Source of the DNA: an uncultured archaeon
GTDB taxonomy: Archaea > Thermoproteota > Nitrososphaeria > Nitrososphaerales > Gagatemarchaeaceae
Length of the DNA: 64,000 bases
Reading direction: 5' to 3'
Assembly (NCBI GenBank): GCA_963817525.1
Contig: CAWFOU010000007.1
Coordinates: forward strand, 480,001 to 544,000
In this document: positions 19,127 through 27,944 of the stretch, piece by piece
How the letters are laid out: the number at the start of each line of letters is the position of its first letter
Numbering within the stretch: the stretch's first letter is position 1
The notes under the pieces: generated by a model
The model's input: only the letters and a program-made list of their open reading frames with translations
Databases searched by the model: none
What the model was told of the DNA's origin: nothing
Program-made: the position numbers and the translations under genes

Positions 19127-19777
19127 TTGTTCTACTACAAGGGAGGGAAGATGGTCGTGGCCTCGCGCAACACCGACCTCCACGGGAACGGGGAGGCGAT
19201 AAGGGGCGAGCTGGGTAAGCGCATCCCGCGCGGGAGGAGGCTCAAGGTCCTCGACGTCGGGACGGGGTTCGGGATCAACGTCGCCTTCCTGGCCAAGTGG
19301 CTCTACAAGGGGAGCGAGGTCTGGACCGTCGACCCCTCGATGGAGGTCCTCGCGAATGTCAGGGCGGCGCTGGACGAGGAGAGCGCCCGGCTGGTGAGGT
19401 TCGCCATGGCCACAGCGGACGACCTCGATTTCGAGGACGGGTTCTTCGACGTCGTGGTCTCGGTGATGGTGCTCCACCACATCGAGAAGCTCGAGCCGGC
19501 ACTCAGGGAGATGGCCAGGGTGCTGAAGCCCGGCGGGAGGCTGCTCGTCATCGATTACAAGCCGGAGGCGTCGCACGAGCTGCAGTTCCAGACGAGGCAC
19601 GAGGAGGCGGACTTCTTCAAGCCGGCAGCGGTCGCGGAGGGCGTCGGGAGGCTCGGGATGAAGGGGAGGGAGAAGGACTTTGGGCTGTGGTATCTGGTGG
19701 AGGCGAGGAAGGGGAGGCCTAGTCCGCCTCGACCCTCGGCGCGGACTGGCCGCGCGAAAGCACGAGCGGGAAGATGA
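19127..19777 (+). CDS. class I SAM-dependent methyltransferase
   Basis: VLDVGTGFG, FDVV, LHHI, RVLKPGG. Confidence 0.9.
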   Translation: MFYYKGGKMVVASRNTDLHGNGEAIRGELGKRIPRGRRLKVLDVGTGFGINVAFLAKWLYKGSEVWTVDPSMEVLANVRAALDEESARLVRFAMATADDLDFEDGFFDVVVSVMVLHHIEKLEPALREMARVLKPGGRLLVIDYKPEASHELQFQTRHEEADFFKPAAVAEGVGRLGMKGREKDFGLWYLVEARKGRPSPPRPSARTGRAKARAGR

Positions 19778-20951
19778 ACAGCACGGTGTACAGACCCCCG
19801 GTGAGCCAGGCCAGCGAGTATCCCCACCCCACCACCACGAACGAGAAGAGGTAGGGCGCCCAGAAGCTGAAGAGGAGCTGGATGGAGTTGACCCAGCTCA
19901 GGGCTACCGCCCTCTGAGTCCTCGACGTGGAGGTGTGCCACGCGGTCCCGAAGGCGAACGTGTAGCCCACCCCGCTCGCGAGGCCCACGGTCACGGCGGA
20001 GGCGAGGACGGCCAGAGGCGTGGCGAGCGAGGCCAGGGCCACTCCTATCGCTATCGCCAGGCCCGCGGCCGCGAGGACGAGCTTTACCCTCTTGACCCGG
20101 TTGTGGAAGTGCCCGGCGAGGGGCGCGGTGAAGAGGCCGGAGAGGATGACGAGGCTCCCGATCGCGCCGGAGGCCCCCGCCGAGACGCCCAGGCTGTCGT
20201 GAAGGTAGACCTCGACGAAGGTGGCGTCGAGCGTGTTCCCGATGTTGTAGGCGAGCAGGACGCAGCCGACCAGGAGGAGCCACCTGTCGAGGAGCAATCG
20301 CCTGAGGTCGGGGAGGTTGACTTTGAAGCCCTCCGTGGGGCCGTCGGAGGGCACGTTGAGCACGAGGAAGAAGGTCGCGGCCAGCCCGAGCCCGCCTATG
20401 AGAGCCAGGCTGAGCCTCCACCCGAAAGAGTCCCCGATTATCGCCCAGGCGAAGAGCCCTATCCCTCCGCCGAGCGACGCGACCGCGTTGTTGAGCCCGA
20501 GGACGAAGCCCGCCCGCCCGGCGCGGGAGAAGCGCGTCATCAGCGCGATGCTCGGGGGGAAGAAGAGGGCCATGCCCATCCCGCTGAAGAACCTCAGCAC
20601 GGCGATGAGGTCGATGCTCGAGGCGAGCGAGCAAAGGAGCGCTGACCCCGAGAGGATGACCATCCCGACGACGCATATCCTCCTCGGGCCGAACTTCGCC
20701 GAGAGGAGGGCTCCCGGGACCTGGAAGAGGCCTATGCCCACGAGGAAAGCCGAGGAGATGAGCCCGAGACCTGAGACCTGCGCGTGGAGGTCGAGCGCTA
20801 TCAGGTAGAAGATGGGCGGTATCGAGAACCAGTTAATCGAGTAGAAGAGCCTGTTTCCCAGGACGATTCCGACGGCTAGGCGGTTCTGAGTCTCTTCGAC
20901 CAAATCGGTGGGGCCTGGGTGCGGCTCCTCCGCCGGTGCATCTATAGGCAT
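19719..20951 (-). CDS. MFS transporter
   Basis: About 12 TM segments; GALLSAKFGPRR, LRFFSGMG. Confidence 0.85.
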   Translation of the reverse strand: MPIDAPAEEPHPGPTDLVEETQNRLAVGIVLGNRLFYSINWFSIPPIFYLIALDLHAQVSGLGLISSAFLVGIGLFQVPGALLSAKFGPRRICVVGMVILSGSALLCSLASSIDLIAVLRFFSGMGMALFFPPSIALMTRFSRAGRAGFVLGLNNAVASLGGGIGLFAWAIIGDSFGWRLSLALIGGLGLAATFFLVLNVPSDGPTEGFKVNLPDLRRLLLDRWLLLVGCVLLAYNIGNTLDATFVEVYLHDSLGVSAGASGAIGSLVILSGLFTAPLAGHFHNRVKRVKLVLAAAGLAIAIGVALASLATPLAVLASAVTVGLASGVGYTFAFGTAWHTSTSRTQRAVALSWVNSIQLLFSFWAPYLFSFVVVGWGYSLAWLTGGLYTVLFIFPLVLSRGQSAPRVEAD

Positions 20952-21039
20952 TAGGAAGCCGGACTCGAAAGAAGCCGACCCCGGGGCGGATGTTGCGCTC
21001 CGCCCCGGGCGCTTCGAGCTAAGGTGGGTTCTACTGGGC

Positions 21040-21408
21040 CTAGCTTCCTACGACCATCGCGCGCATGGCCTGGACGGCCTCGCTGTCCTGGTCGGCCGCC
21101 GACTGGAAAGACTGGAGGGGAGACACGCTCCACCTCACCGCTCCCCAGAACGGGAGGCTCCTGAGAAGCCTTCCGACCTCGGCGTGCGAGTCGACGTCGA
21201 CTATGAATGCGGTCTCCCTCGCCCCGGCGGTGACGCCCCCGAGGATGCTCTTCTCCTCGGCCAGCTTCGAGAGCGCCTCGAGGCTAGGCTTGATCACCTG
21301 CTTGCTGAACATGGCCGACTCTTCGGGCGACTTGCCCGAGAGCGTCTCTTCGATGAATTCGCCTTTGACGAGGTAGTGCATTTGAGAGTCAATGGCAGGG
21401 GTTTGCAT
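21040..21408 (-). CDS. dimeric alpha/beta barrel (muconolactone isomerase/DUF3303-like) protein
   Basis: FIVDVDSHAEVGRLLRSLPFW...VSPL. Confidence 0.6.
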   Translation of the reverse strand: MQTPAIDSQMHYLVKGEFIEETLSGKSPEESAMFSKQVIKPSLEALSKLAEEKSILGGVTAGARETAFIVDVDSHAEVGRLLRSLPFWGAVRWSVSPLQSFQSAADQDSEAVQAMRAMVVGS

Positions 21409-21493
21409 TTACGCCTTGGCGACGTTGCCTTCGTCGGGGCAGGGGAGCGACTGTGGGCTATTGGACGCGCCGGGCGCCACGGAGAATCAGTAG

Positions 21494-22027
21494 CTAGAGC
21501 ACCATCCACTTTATGCTGCAACCGAAGGGCCTCGTGTCCGCGACCCTCACTTCCCTCCCGGCCAGGAGGTCGTCGAGCGCGTTCCTCAGGTCGGGGCTCT
21601 TCGCCTGGTTGGGGTCCCTCGAGTCGTCTATCCTCCCCCTGTAGCGGAGCCTCCTCTCCTTGTCGAAGGCGAAGACGTGTGGGGTGCAGACCGCCCCGTA
21701 GGCCTCGGCGGCCTTCTGGGTGGCGTCCCTGACGTAGGGGAAGTTGAAGCCCTTGTCCTTCGCCCTCTTGACCATCTCAGGGTACCCGTCCTCGGGGTAG
21801 GACTTGTCGTCGTTGGAGTTGATCCCGACGAGCTGGACGCCCCTAGCGTGGTAGTCCCTCTGGATGGCCACCTCCCTGTCCTCGTAGGCCACAGCGTAGG
21901 GGCAGTGGTTGCACGTGAACACGACCACGAGCACCGGCTTGGCGTCGAAGGAGCTCAGCGAGTACCTCTTGCCGTCCGCCCCCTGGAGGTCCCGAAAGTC
22001 GGGCGCCTTCGCCCCCAGCTCTAGCAT
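21494..22027 (-). CDS. thioredoxin-fold AhpC/TSA-like protein
   Basis: GAKAPDF, FTCNHCPY, INSND, CTP, YRGRIDD, GCSIKW. Confidence 0.9.
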   Translation of the reverse strand: MLELGAKAPDFRDLQGADGKRYSLSSFDAKPVLVVVFTCNHCPYAVAYEDREVAIQRDYHARGVQLVGINSNDDKSYPEDGYPEMVKRAKDKGFNFPYVRDATQKAAEAYGAVCTPHVFAFDKERRLRYRGRIDDSRDPNQAKSPDLRNALDDLLAGREVRVADTRPFGCSIKWMVL

Positions 22028-22076
22028 GGGGGCGATCAGGCTCCGGCCGGACTTTAACCTTGCCGTCGGGGCGGGG

Positions 22077-22724
22077 TCAGAAGCCTATGGGCTCGCGGAC
22101 GATGACCATGGTGACGCGCCCTGGCCAGTCCCCGTTCATCGTCAGGACCTTCAGGAGCGCGCTGGGCATCCCGTACTTCTCCCTCGCCCTGATGTCCTCC
22201 TTGGGGTAGGCGTAGAACTGCACCCTCTTCATGGCGGTGTCGATGTCGGGCACCACCTTCTGAGAGCCCACGACCCAGATCACCCTGCCCGCCCCATAGA
22301 CGTACGCGCCGAGCTGGCTGCCGCTCGCGGAAGCCGCGACCACCCTCCCGTCCTCGGTGACCGCGTGGACGCTGCCCACGACCACGTCGGGGGCAGACCC
22401 GAGCCTCCTCATCTCCGCCCTCTGTGTGTTCCTGTCCATCTTCTCGAGCTGCGGGCGTATGGCGTTGAACTTGCCTGACCTGTTGATGTCCTCGTCGAGG
22501 CCTGAGAGCCTCACCGTCTCGCTGGAGGCCGTCAGTATCGACTGGTCATTCGGGAGGACGGAGTTTACGTACGCGCGGGCTTCGGCCGGGGTGTCGAAGA
22601 CCTCGACGGCGAAGTTGTGCGCCCTGAGGGCCTTTACGGCCCTCTGGATGCTCTCCTCGGATGCCGGCCGTGCGAACGACTCGTCTATCGGGATTCCGAA
22701 CTGGGTCTGCTCAGTGGTCGTCAT
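22077..22724 (-). CDS. LUD-domain (LutC-like) protein
   Basis: GSVHAVTEDG, GSQL, VVGSQKVVPD, EPIGF. Confidence 0.8.
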   Translation of the reverse strand: MTTTEQTQFGIPIDESFARPASEESIQRAVKALRAHNFAVEVFDTPAEARAYVNSVLPNDQSILTASSETVRLSGLDEDINRSGKFNAIRPQLEKMDRNTQRAEMRRLGSAPDVVVGSVHAVTEDGRVVAASASGSQLGAYVYGAGRVIWVVGSQKVVPDIDTAMKRVQFYAYPKEDIRAREKYGMPSALLKVLTMNGDWPGRVTMVIVREPIGF

Positions 22725-22869
22725 TTAATATCGGATACCCCATATTGCATACCCAATAATAAGCCTATTGGCGCGCCCGGGCCAGGTTTCACATAGACTC
22801 TATAGCCCACCGACAAGTATAGAGGAATCTTCGACTCGGTTCATTAGCTCGAACCCTATCCGAGGGCCC

Positions 22870-23319
22870 ATGCCTCGCGTCAGGGACCTCATGAACGTCG
22901 ACATCCCCCTGACGACGATGAACACGCCGGTCAGCGACGCAGCCAGGCTGATGAGGGCGTCCGACAAGGACAGCTTGATAGTCTTCGACCTCGGGAGGGC
23001 GATCGGGATAGTCACCGAGAGGGACATCATCAGGAAGATCACCGCGGAGGGGCTAGACGCCATGCACGTCCACGTGGCAGAGATCGTGTCGTCCCCGCTC
23101 ATCACCATCCACCCCGACAAGTCCGCGAGGCAGGCCGCGAAGCTCATGCTCGACAAAAAGATCAGGCACCTGCCCGTGGTGAAGGAGGACAGGCTCATCG
23201 GGATGATCACGCTGGCGGACTTTGCCAAGCACATGAGCAAGAAGGGCGTGAAGGACGGGATCATAGAGTCGATGGGGAAGGATGCCGACCAGCCCCTGGC
23301 CATGATGCAGCCGGGCTAG
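22870..23319 (+). CDS. CBS-domain pair protein
   Basis: RVRDLM, GIVTERDI, IRHLPVV, GMITLAD. Confidence 0.9.
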   Translation: MPRVRDLMNVDIPLTTMNTPVSDAARLMRASDKDSLIVFDLGRAIGIVTERDIIRKITAEGLDAMHVHVAEIVSSPLITIHPDKSARQAAKLMLDKKIRHLPVVKEDRLIGMITLADFAKHMSKKGVKDGIIESMGKDADQPLAMMQPG

Positions 23320-23370
23320 GCGCACGACGGCCAAATTCTAAATATCCCACGCTTCTTCGCCAAGCCGAAG

Positions 23371-24096
23371 ATGAAGTTCTCGAGGAGGGGCCTCAGCCAG
23401 CTAGGCGAGATAGGGGTCGTCGCCCTGGTGATCATCGTCGTGGTGGCCGCCTACTTCTTCGTCCCGCCGCTCATCAAGGGGAGCGCGTCGACGACGACTA
23501 CTAGCATCGGAGGCCCGAACCCCATAGCGGACCAGAGCCAGCAGATATTCCCGCTCGTCACGAACTTCAAGGACATGACGCTAGTCGAGGACATCAACGA
23601 CGTGGCCGCCGGGTACGTGCAGAACACGACCTACGCCTTCACCGTGCTGGGCAAGGGCACACTGAACTCCACCCAGTACACCAGGGTAGAGTTCTCCACC
23701 TACGGAGAGACCCATTTCACAGTCGCCTGGTACAACTCGACGGGGGGGCTCGGCCGGCTGGACATCATCGGGCTCAGGAACTACACCGGGAGCGGCCTGG
23801 TCAACCTCCCCTACATCCAGACGTACATCAACGCCTTCTACGTCCTCATCTCCGTTACCAACAACGCCACGCTCAACGCGCACCTCACGAGGACGTCCCA
23901 GAGCGCCACGAGCATAGGCGACACCAAGGTCAACCTCTCGACGTACACCCTGGCGGAGCGGACACCCGTCCTCTCCAAGGTCACTGAGGAGGTCGCGTCG
24001 ATCCCGGGGACCAACATCGTGATGATGGTCTACCTCAACGAGAAGCTGAGCGACGGGTCGACCTACCTCTTCCAGGTCACGAGCCTCAAGCGGTGA
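23371..24096 (+). CDS. surface protein with a class III (archaellin/pilin-type) signal peptide
   Basis: MKFSRRG|LSQLGEIGVVALVIIVVVAAYFF, Thr linker, several NxT/S sequons. Confidence 0.7.
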   Translation: MKFSRRGLSQLGEIGVVALVIIVVVAAYFFVPPLIKGSASTTTTSIGGPNPIADQSQQIFPLVTNFKDMTLVEDINDVAAGYVQNTTYAFTVLGKGTLNSTQYTRVEFSTYGETHFTVAWYNSTGGLGRLDIIGLRNYTGSGLVNLPYIQTYINAFYVLISVTNNATLNAHLTRTSQSATSIGDTKVNLSTYTLAERTPVLSKVTEEVASIPGTNIVMMVYLNEKLSDGSTYLFQVTSLKR

Positions 24097-24120
24097 GGGC
24101 GCCAAGGCGGGCTCCCTTCA

Positions 24121-24132
24121 ATAATTATATAG
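24121..24132 (+). promoter_or_regulatory. TATA box of the ku-lig-polX operon
   Basis: ATAATTATATAG ~30 nt upstream of ATG 24161, consistent with a leaderless transcript. Confidence 0.55.
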
Positions 24133-24160
24133 TCGCCTGCCTGATTTTGGTCCGGCCGCC

Positions 24161-25003
24161 ATGGCAAAGAACATCTTCTCCGAAGTAGAGAAGCAGGCGG
24201 ACGCCGGGGGGGCGTCTAGGGCGTCCTGGCGCGGGATCCTGAGCCTCAATATCCCCACCCTGGGCCTCGGGGCGGTGGAGTACCACCTCCGCGCGGCGAA
24301 GGCCCATGGGGATCTGAAGCCCGTGACCTTCGTGAAGCTAGACAAGAAGACGGGGAAGGAGGTCGTGAGCAGGGAGGTCCCGAGGATGTATCGCTACAAG
24401 GAGGGGCCCGACGGCGAGCGCACCGACGTCGCGGAGATCTCGCCCGAGGACGCCAAGAAGAAGGTCAGGTACGACGGCAAGTACATGGTCTCCGTGAGGA
24501 CGGAGAAGAGGTACTTCCTCAAGCACGAGCTCGAGATGTCGGGCCACTGGATAGAGGTCCCCGCCGACCGCATCGTGGACAAGCAGGACGGAGAGGAGAT
24601 AGAGCCCTTCGAGAGGACGACGCGGGTCGAGGTTGAGCAGGACGGGTTCGTCCCCATCGAGCGGCTAGAGGAGTACAAGTTCAAGGAGGTGTACCAGCTG
24701 TCGCCCGACACGGACAAGAGGGTCAAGGAGACCACCGCGAGGGTCAAGCAGCTCGCGCGCTACCTGCTGGAGAAGCACACGGCGCTCGTCGCCTTCTTCT
24801 CCTGGGGGAGGGGGTACCAGTTCTACACCGCGGTCATCTACCCGTACGAGCGCAAGGACGGGAAGCTCTGGCTCCTGATGGGGATGAGCGAGGGCATACT
24901 GAAGCTCGACACGGCCTGGGCGCTCGAGAGCGAGGAGCAGGGCGAGGGCCTCGCGCCGGTCCCGACGGCGAAGAAGAAGCCCAAGGTCACGATATCGAAG
25001 TAG
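24161..25003 (+). CDS. ku: Ku-like DNA end-binding protein (divergent prokaryotic Ku)
   Basis: RASWRGILSL..LGLGAV (cf. RAIWKG.ISFGLV); F.KLDKKTG; ERTTRVEVEQDGFVPIERLEEYKFKEVYQLSPD (cf. STRTIEI..FV...IDP.YF..PYYL.PD); LARYLLEKHTALVAFF...TAVIYP; basic C-tail; directly upstream of a ligase. Confidence 0.75.
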   Translation: MAKNIFSEVEKQADAGGASRASWRGILSLNIPTLGLGAVEYHLRAAKAHGDLKPVTFVKLDKKTGKEVVSREVPRMYRYKEGPDGERTDVAEISPEDAKKKVRYDGKYMVSVRTEKRYFLKHELEMSGHWIEVPADRIVDKQDGEEIEPFERTTRVEVEQDGFVPIERLEEYKFKEVYQLSPDTDKRVKETTARVKQLARYLLEKHTALVAFFSWGRGYQFYTAVIYPYERKDGKLWLLMGMSEGILKLDTAWALESEEQGEGLAPVPTAKKKPKVTISK

Positions 25004-25021
25004 CTTGCCGAGAGTCCACCC

Positions 25022-25861
25022 ATGAGCGAGCTGCCGGACTACGTCGCGGAGCACTTCGCCCACGCGGTGAAGCAGGACCTCGGGACGTGGCTACTTCACA
25101 ACCCCCTCCCAGCGCTCGTCGAGCCGAAGCTTGACGGGATCAGGGTCTTCCTCTTCAAGAGCGGGGACAAGCTCGTCATCTCGAGCAAGCACGGCGGGAT
25201 GTACACGCCCCAGTCTAGCCCCAAGGTCTTCGCTACGTTCCCCGAGCTGCTGCACACCCCTCACAGGATGATCCTAGACGGCGAGTACGTGTCGAGGGAG
25301 CCTATCAAGAGGAAGGGGGTGTTCCTCTTCGACGTGATGCAGGTCGACGACAGGGACATCGGGTCGCAGCCCCTGAGCGAGAGGAAGAAGGTCCTCCGAG
25401 AGATACTGGAGGACACGGGCCTGGAGGTCCCCTACAGCATGGCGAAGACCGCCCAGGAGGTGCTGGTGCTCAAGGAGCGCTACGCGAAGGAGGGATACGA
25501 GGGGGCCGTCGCCAAGAACCCGCTGTCCGCCTACGGGGATCAAGGCTCGTGGCTCAAGCTCAAGACGTTCGAGACCATCGACGTGTTCGTCATGGACTAT
25601 GAGAAGACCCAGGAGATGGAGAGGACCGGCGTCCCCCGCTCATGGGTGGTAGGGGTCTACGACGACCAGGGTAGGAGGGTGTCCCTTGGGAAGGTCGGGG
25701 CGTTCGTCGAGAAGGTCGACCCCCGCCAGGTGAAGAAACACTCCGTGGTCGAGGTGAGGTACCAGGAGATCACACAGGACATGAAGCTGCGCGGGGCGTT
25801 CATCCTGAGGGTCAGGCACGACAAGGTCCCCAGCGAGTGCCTGCTCTCCCAGGCCAAGTGA
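25022..25861 (+). CDS. minimal ATP-dependent DNA ligase (adenylation + OB domains; LigD-LIG/LigC-like)
   Basis: Motifs I EPKLDGIR, III ILDGE, IIIa FLFDV, IV EGAVAK, V WLKLK, VI LRVRHDK. Confidence 0.9.
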   Translation: MSELPDYVAEHFAHAVKQDLGTWLLHNPLPALVEPKLDGIRVFLFKSGDKLVISSKHGGMYTPQSSPKVFATFPELLHTPHRMILDGEYVSREPIKRKGVFLFDVMQVDDRDIGSQPLSERKKVLREILEDTGLEVPYSMAKTAQEVLVLKERYAKEGYEGAVAKNPLSAYGDQGSWLKLKTFETIDVFVMDYEKTQEMERTGVPRSWVVGVYDDQGRRVSLGKVGAFVEKVDPRQVKKHSVVEVRYQEITQDMKLRGAFILRVRHDKVPSECLLSQAK

Positions 25862-25870
25862 GGAGAGAGG

Positions 25871-26413
25871 ATGCCCTCCCTGAAGAAGGACCTCGACCCG
25901 AAAGCCGCCGGGAGGATTGCGGGCGACTTTCTGAAGAAGACCTCCGACCTCTATTACAGGGCGGAGCTTGGCGGGAGCATCCGTAGGAAGGCCCCGGTCG
26001 TCCATGACATCGACTTCGCTGTCATCCCCAAGGGGGACGACTTTCCAAAGTGGAAGGAGGAGGTGACGGACCGCGTCGTCGAGATCGGCGGGAGGGTCAT
26101 CACCTTCGGCGAGGTCATCTCTGACTTTTTCTACAAGGGGGCGCAGGTAAACCTCTTCCTCTGCCCCGGGCCTGACTCCTGGGGCGTGACCCTGATGTGG
26201 GCCACGGGCCCGAAGGGCCACACCATCGGGATGACGATAAAGGCGAGGGACAAGGGGCTCCTCATCAACTCTAGGGGAATATGGACCCGGGAGGAGCACC
26301 CCCGTCTGGTGCCCGCGAGGACGGAGCACGAGGTCGGCAAGATACTGGGGTGGAAGTACAAGCCCCCGGAGGAGCGCGGGAAGGACGTCAAGGAAAAGCC
26401 GGCCTTCTACTAG
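25871..26413 (+). CDS. polX: minimal family X DNA polymerase-like protein (palm + thumb only)
   Basis: GGSIRRKAPVVHDIDF, QVNLF, WATGPKGH, KGLLINSRG, TEHEV...LGWKYKPPEER; AGGAG-rich spacer upstream. Confidence 0.85.
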   Translation: MPSLKKDLDPKAAGRIAGDFLKKTSDLYYRAELGGSIRRKAPVVHDIDFAVIPKGDDFPKWKEEVTDRVVEIGGRVITFGEVISDFFYKGAQVNLFLCPGPDSWGVTLMWATGPKGHTIGMTIKARDKGLLINSRGIWTREEHPRLVPARTEHEVGKILGWKYKPPEERGKDVKEKPAFY

Positions 26414-26428
26414 GACGGTGGACGGAGC

Positions 26429-27424
26429 CTACTCGGGCCACTTGCCGAGCTCGCTGAGGGCGCGGTCGACGAATCGCATGTCGACCCAGTCCTTTACGGG
26501 CGCGGAGGGGGCCGCCGGGACCTGTCCGGACTTTACGAGCACCGCCACGGTGTCCTTCACCCAGCCGGGGTCGAGACTCCCGTTGACCGGCCAGTGCCCG
26601 CGGGTCTGCTCCCAGAGCTTCTTGATCGCGTCCCTCCCCAGCTCAGGGCGTCTCTTCGCCGCCGCGGCGACCCACACTGACGGGTGCTCGCTGAACTCTC
26701 TGGACGCCTTCACCAGGCCCTTCACTGCCGAGAGGACAGTCTGGGGCTCCTCCTCGACCAGCTGAGCTCTCGCCACGACCACGAGGTACCCCACCTCGCC
26801 ACCCTCGGCGACCTCCCTGCCCTTTGCGAGGATCCTGAAGCCCTTCTTCCCCTCGAAGAGGGCCATCGTCTGCGACGTCGTCCAAGCGGCGTCCAGCTCG
26901 CCGTCGATGACCTTGTTGATCCTCTCGCTGGGGACGGTGCCTCCCTCGACCCAGCGCACGCCCGACTCGGGGTCGATGCCGTGGTCCCTGAGGTAGGAGG
27001 CGACCGAGCGATGGTTCGTGGCCCCCTTTTGTGAGATGCCGATCCTCTTTCCCCTCAGCTGTTCTGCGGTCTTGATGGACGCTGAGGTGACCAGCATCAC
27101 CCCTCCGTCGGGAGGGACGGAGCTGGGTGGCGGCGGCTTTAGCGGGTTCCCGTGCACGCTCCCCCACACCACCCTGAGCGCGGCACCCTTCGCCACTTCG
27201 GCGACGACGGGGGAGATGTTGACCTGCGCCATGTCCGCTTCGTCCCTCTCCGTGGCCGCGAGCGCCTGGGGTGTCCCGTCGCACCCCAGGATCTTGACGT
27301 TCAGGCCCTCCTTCGACATGAAGCCGAGGTCGGCCGCGAACGCGGGGACGGAGCCCGTGTTCAGCGACACCGGCTTGACCCGGTCGGCAAACGTTATCGT
27401 GCGCGCTTTTCGCTTGGCTGCCAC
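26429..27424 (-). CDS. SsuA/NMT1-THI5-like ABC substrate-binding protein
   Basis: GFMSKEGLNV, IKTAEQLRGKRIGIS, GELDAA. Confidence 0.8.
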   Translation of the reverse strand: MAAKRKARTITFADRVKPVSLNTGSVPAFAADLGFMSKEGLNVKILGCDGTPQALAATERDEADMAQVNISPVVAEVAKGAALRVVWGSVHGNPLKPPPPSSVPPDGGVMLVTSASIKTAEQLRGKRIGISQKGATNHRSVASYLRDHGIDPESGVRWVEGGTVPSERINKVIDGELDAAWTTSQTMALFEGKKGFRILAKGREVAEGGEVGYLVVVARAQLVEEEPQTVLSAVKGLVKASREFSEHPSVWVAAAAKRRPELGRDAIKKLWEQTRGHWPVNGSLDPGWVKDTVAVLVKSGQVPAAPSAPVKDWVDMRFVDRALSELGKWPE

Positions 27425-27472
27425 GCCTCGAAAAAGGCCCCCCGCGAATATATTGCTTGGGTTCGGATGAAT

Positions 27473-27934
27473 CTAACCAGGGCGCGAGAGCTCCCTGTCC
27501 ATCTCGAGCGCGTCGTCCCCGTCTGAGTAGTACTTCGCGAAGACCTTGCCCGTCTCCTCGAAGGAGAGCTTCCGGTATAGGCGGAGCGCCGCGTCGTTGC
27601 CGGCCGCCACGAGCAGCCTCACCCGCGAGGACCTGGCCGAGAGGTGGTCGAGAGCCGACCTCATCAGCAGCTCCCCGACACCCTTGCCCCTGGCCTCCGG
27701 CGAGACTGCTATCGACTGGATGGACCCCTCGCCCCCCTGGGAGAGGGCAATCACGTATCCTACTACCGAGCCCCGGTCCGAGGCGACGATGAAGCCTTCG
27801 CGGGCGATGAGCATGTAGGCGACAAAGTCCAGCCTGGTGTACGGGCGGTCGGGGAAGGAGGCCCTCTCCACCTTCGATACCTGGGGGAGGTCTGCCATCT
27901 CGCACCTCCGCAGCACGGGGCCCTCGGGCGGCAT
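27473..27934 (-). CDS. RimI/Ard1-like GNAT acetyltransferase
   Basis: VERASF, SIAVSPEARGKGVG, NDAALRLYRKLSF, YYSDGDDA. Confidence 0.85.
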   Translation of the reverse strand: MPPEGPVLRRCEMADLPQVSKVERASFPDRPYTRLDFVAYMLIAREGFIVASDRGSVVGYVIALSQGGEGSIQSIAVSPEARGKGVGELLMRSALDHLSARSSRVRLLVAAGNDAALRLYRKLSFEETGKVFAKYYSDGDDALEMDRELSRPG

Positions 27935-27944
27935 TCGGCCCGAC

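Noticed and set aside
25022-25861. Replicative archaeal DNA ligase or an RNA ligase
   Set aside because: Lacks the N-terminal DNA-binding domain of the replicative ligase; KxDG-R motif plus OB domain with motif VI indicate a minimal DNA ligase
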